From assembly GCA_030867685.1 (NCBI GenBank), contig JAQOWU010000003.1:806001-870000 (forward strand): a stretch of 64,000 nt of DNA. Direction: 5' to 3'. This stretch comes from Wickerhamiella versatilis. Its lineage: Eukaryota. This document shows, in pieces, positions 62,513 through 64,000 of this stretch; the first letter of the stretch is position 1; the number at the start of each line of letters is the position of its first letter. The notes beneath the pieces are model-generated. The model was not told the origin of the DNA and ran no database searches. It worked only from the letters and a program-made list of their open reading frames with translations. The translations under genes and the position numbers were made by a program.

Positions 62513-64000
62513 CTACCAGTGGCGATAGATAATTAGATGATCCCCGTACCTTTGCAAAAACCGTCTGAGGTCGACTCGGGTGATTCCCTCATGCATTATG
62601 ATCTGTTCCAAGCAATCTCGACCATTGAAGTACTTTGAAAGTCTCTGAAACATCTCGGCCCAATCAGGGGATTGTGTGGACGCAATATGACTGATCCACT
62701 TCTTTTCCAAAAGCGATGCTCTGATCGGATCGAGTATTATGCTCTCTTGCTGTATGTCAACATGAGTTAATGACCCAGAATTGTTCCGCGATGGTTTGCG
62801 ATCGTTATTAGGGCGACGCTTGGCAGTATTATCAGTGGCAGTGTCTGCATGCTGCGGAGATTCTTCTGTTTCCTTCGGTTTCGACTCATCCTCTTGATCA
62901 GCGTCTTCTATCATTTGGTGGAGAACGGTCAATTTTACTTTACGAGATGCCAAAATAACACAAAACGTCTGAAGATGAACCACGATATCATGCTGTAAAA
63001 GCCACGCCAATACGCGCATATAAATATCACGATGATCGCGGCTAGGTACGTGCGCAATATATGGCTGTGGCTTCCCTGTACTGAGTCCTGCTAGAAAGCG
63101 TTGAAGCGGAGGCATCGTGGGAAATAAAAGAGCGTATTGATCAACCAGCTTGGTGATATCCTGAATTGGCGCTAATGGGCTTATCCCATACACATGTCTA
63201 TGATGGAGGGGAATGATGATACGAGCACGTCTCCAATAAACTAAGGAATAAGCCAAGTTGACTATTTCCTTGATATCTATAGAGGCCTCGTTAGCTATGG
63301 CAGCCAGCGATGAGGTAGGTTGGATGCTCCGAATCATTGCTGCAACCGGACCTTGCGAATCGACATCGATTTCTTGAACAATAGCCTCAGGATCATCAAG
63401 TAACAAGAGACCGTAGCTCTCCACACATTCAGGCCCTATCTCTTTACCTGGTAGACCTGCAGTACTTAAGTATGATCCACGGTGATACTTCTGAGTGGGA
63501 AGAGGTAGGCGATTAAGCTCAAGCTGAACAGGGATTTCAAGCGCGCGTGCTCGATTGCCCACCTGCAAGCGTGCTATTCCACCGCTAACTATAGCATCAT
63601 ACAAAACGTGGAAGGCTCTAGCAAGTTCCGATTCGGTTTCAATAGCTTTTTGAACAGTATCAGTAGGCTGATCGGCGAGTTCTTCTCGAATCCTCAATAT
63701 TTTGGACGCCTCTTCCCATACGTAATTGCGAGAAGCTTGCTCGTGTCGTAACATTCGTGCAAATGGTGCGACAATAAACAATTGCTGGTTTTTAACAGCC
63801 TCTTTTGCTCGAGTTATGGGCGGATCTATGACTGCGCATACGTGGAACATGGTCATCGGACAATCCTGCTCATTGATATCGATTGGAGTATGGCTCTTCG
63901 AGCGTCGCCAAGACCCATCTTCGTGAACATGTACAGGAATCCCTACAAATATTATATCATCGACAAACAGTTCAAACGGCCTATTACTCAATTGCTTCGG
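62513..64000 (-). CDS. NPR3: SEACIT/GATOR1 subunit Npr3 (3' part; start beyond window end)
   Basis: FEL.VDD..FVG.PVH..DG.W, L.HEQ...NYV.EE, LVYWRRARII.PLH, HVPSRDHR..Y...LAWL, YFNG, HW C-terminus. Confidence 0.92.
   Translation of the reverse strand, partial: PKQLSNRPFELFVDDIIFVGIPVHVHEDGSWRRSKSHTPIDINEQDCPMTMFHVCAVIDPPITRAKEAVKNQQLFIVAPFARMLRHEQASRNYVWEEASKILRIREELADQPTDTVQKAIETESELARAFHVLYDAIVSGGIARLQVGNRARALEIPVQLELNRLPLPTQKYHRGSYLSTAGLPGKEIGPECVESYGLLLLDDPEAIVQEIDVDSQGPVAAMIRSIQPTSSLAAIANEASIDIKEIVNLAYSLVYWRRARIIIPLHHRHVYGISPLAPIQDITKLVDQYALLFPTMPPLQRFLAGLSTGKPQPYIAHVPSRDHRDIYMRVLAWLLQHDIVVHLQTFCVILASRKVKLTVLHQMIEDADQEDESKPKETEESPQHADTATDNTAKRRPNNDRKPSRNNSGSLTHVDIQQESIILDPIRASLLEKKWISHIASTQSPDWAEMFQRLSKYFNGRDCLEQIIMHEGITRVDLRRFLQRYGDHLIIYRHW

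Noticed and set aside
3341-64000. GTR2, TAP42 and NPR3 (all TORC1 pathway) in one window as a functional cluster
   Set aside because: They are separated by many unrelated genes over 60 kb; compatible with chance.
1-64000. Numerous 60-170 aa ORFs antisense to or nested in real genes; CUG-Ser code; transposons or CRISPR
   Set aside because: Shadow ORFs of coding sequence; CTG occupies conserved Leu sites; no LTR, transposase, reverse transcriptase or spaced-repeat signatures seen.

Overview
A gene-dense, intron-poor window from a budding-yeast (Saccharomycotina) nuclear genome. It appears to use the standard code: CTG encodes Leu at conserved positions such as UBC8 VELP. Compact proteins, very small introns, a complex I accessory subunit and an Ssr4-like gene suggest a non-Saccharomyces lineage, possibly Trichomonascaceae (Wickerhamiella/Starmerella-like); this placement is inference only. 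There are about 40 protein-coding genes, mostly housekeeping orthologues (LYS4, RTN1, GTR2, PRC1, TAP42, NUP120, VPS62, ROM2, an elongase, KEL3, PER1, PCM1, SOM1, MMS2, LCL3, GUP1, TGL1, CFT2, SPT4, DOP1, PEX7, MAK31, glycogen synthase, GPI13, SPO7, UBC8, NPR3), plus several orphan ORFs. No rRNA, tRNA, transposon or CRISPR was recognised. Main points of interest: (1) a recurrent, strand-oriented telomere-like promoter 9-mer CCCTWRCCC; (2) operon-like spacing of same-strand genes, including MAK31 stop to PEX7 ATG only 6 nt apart and in frame; (3) an Ada/AraC-type HTH regulator that appears to lack the Ada zinc sensor domain; (4) a KpsF/GutQ-like sugar isomerase; (5) an ML/NPC2-like protein ending in HEEL; (6) introns of 41-48 nt; (7) divergent ATGs only 33 nt apart. 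All gene calls come from recognising motifs by eye, not from database searches.
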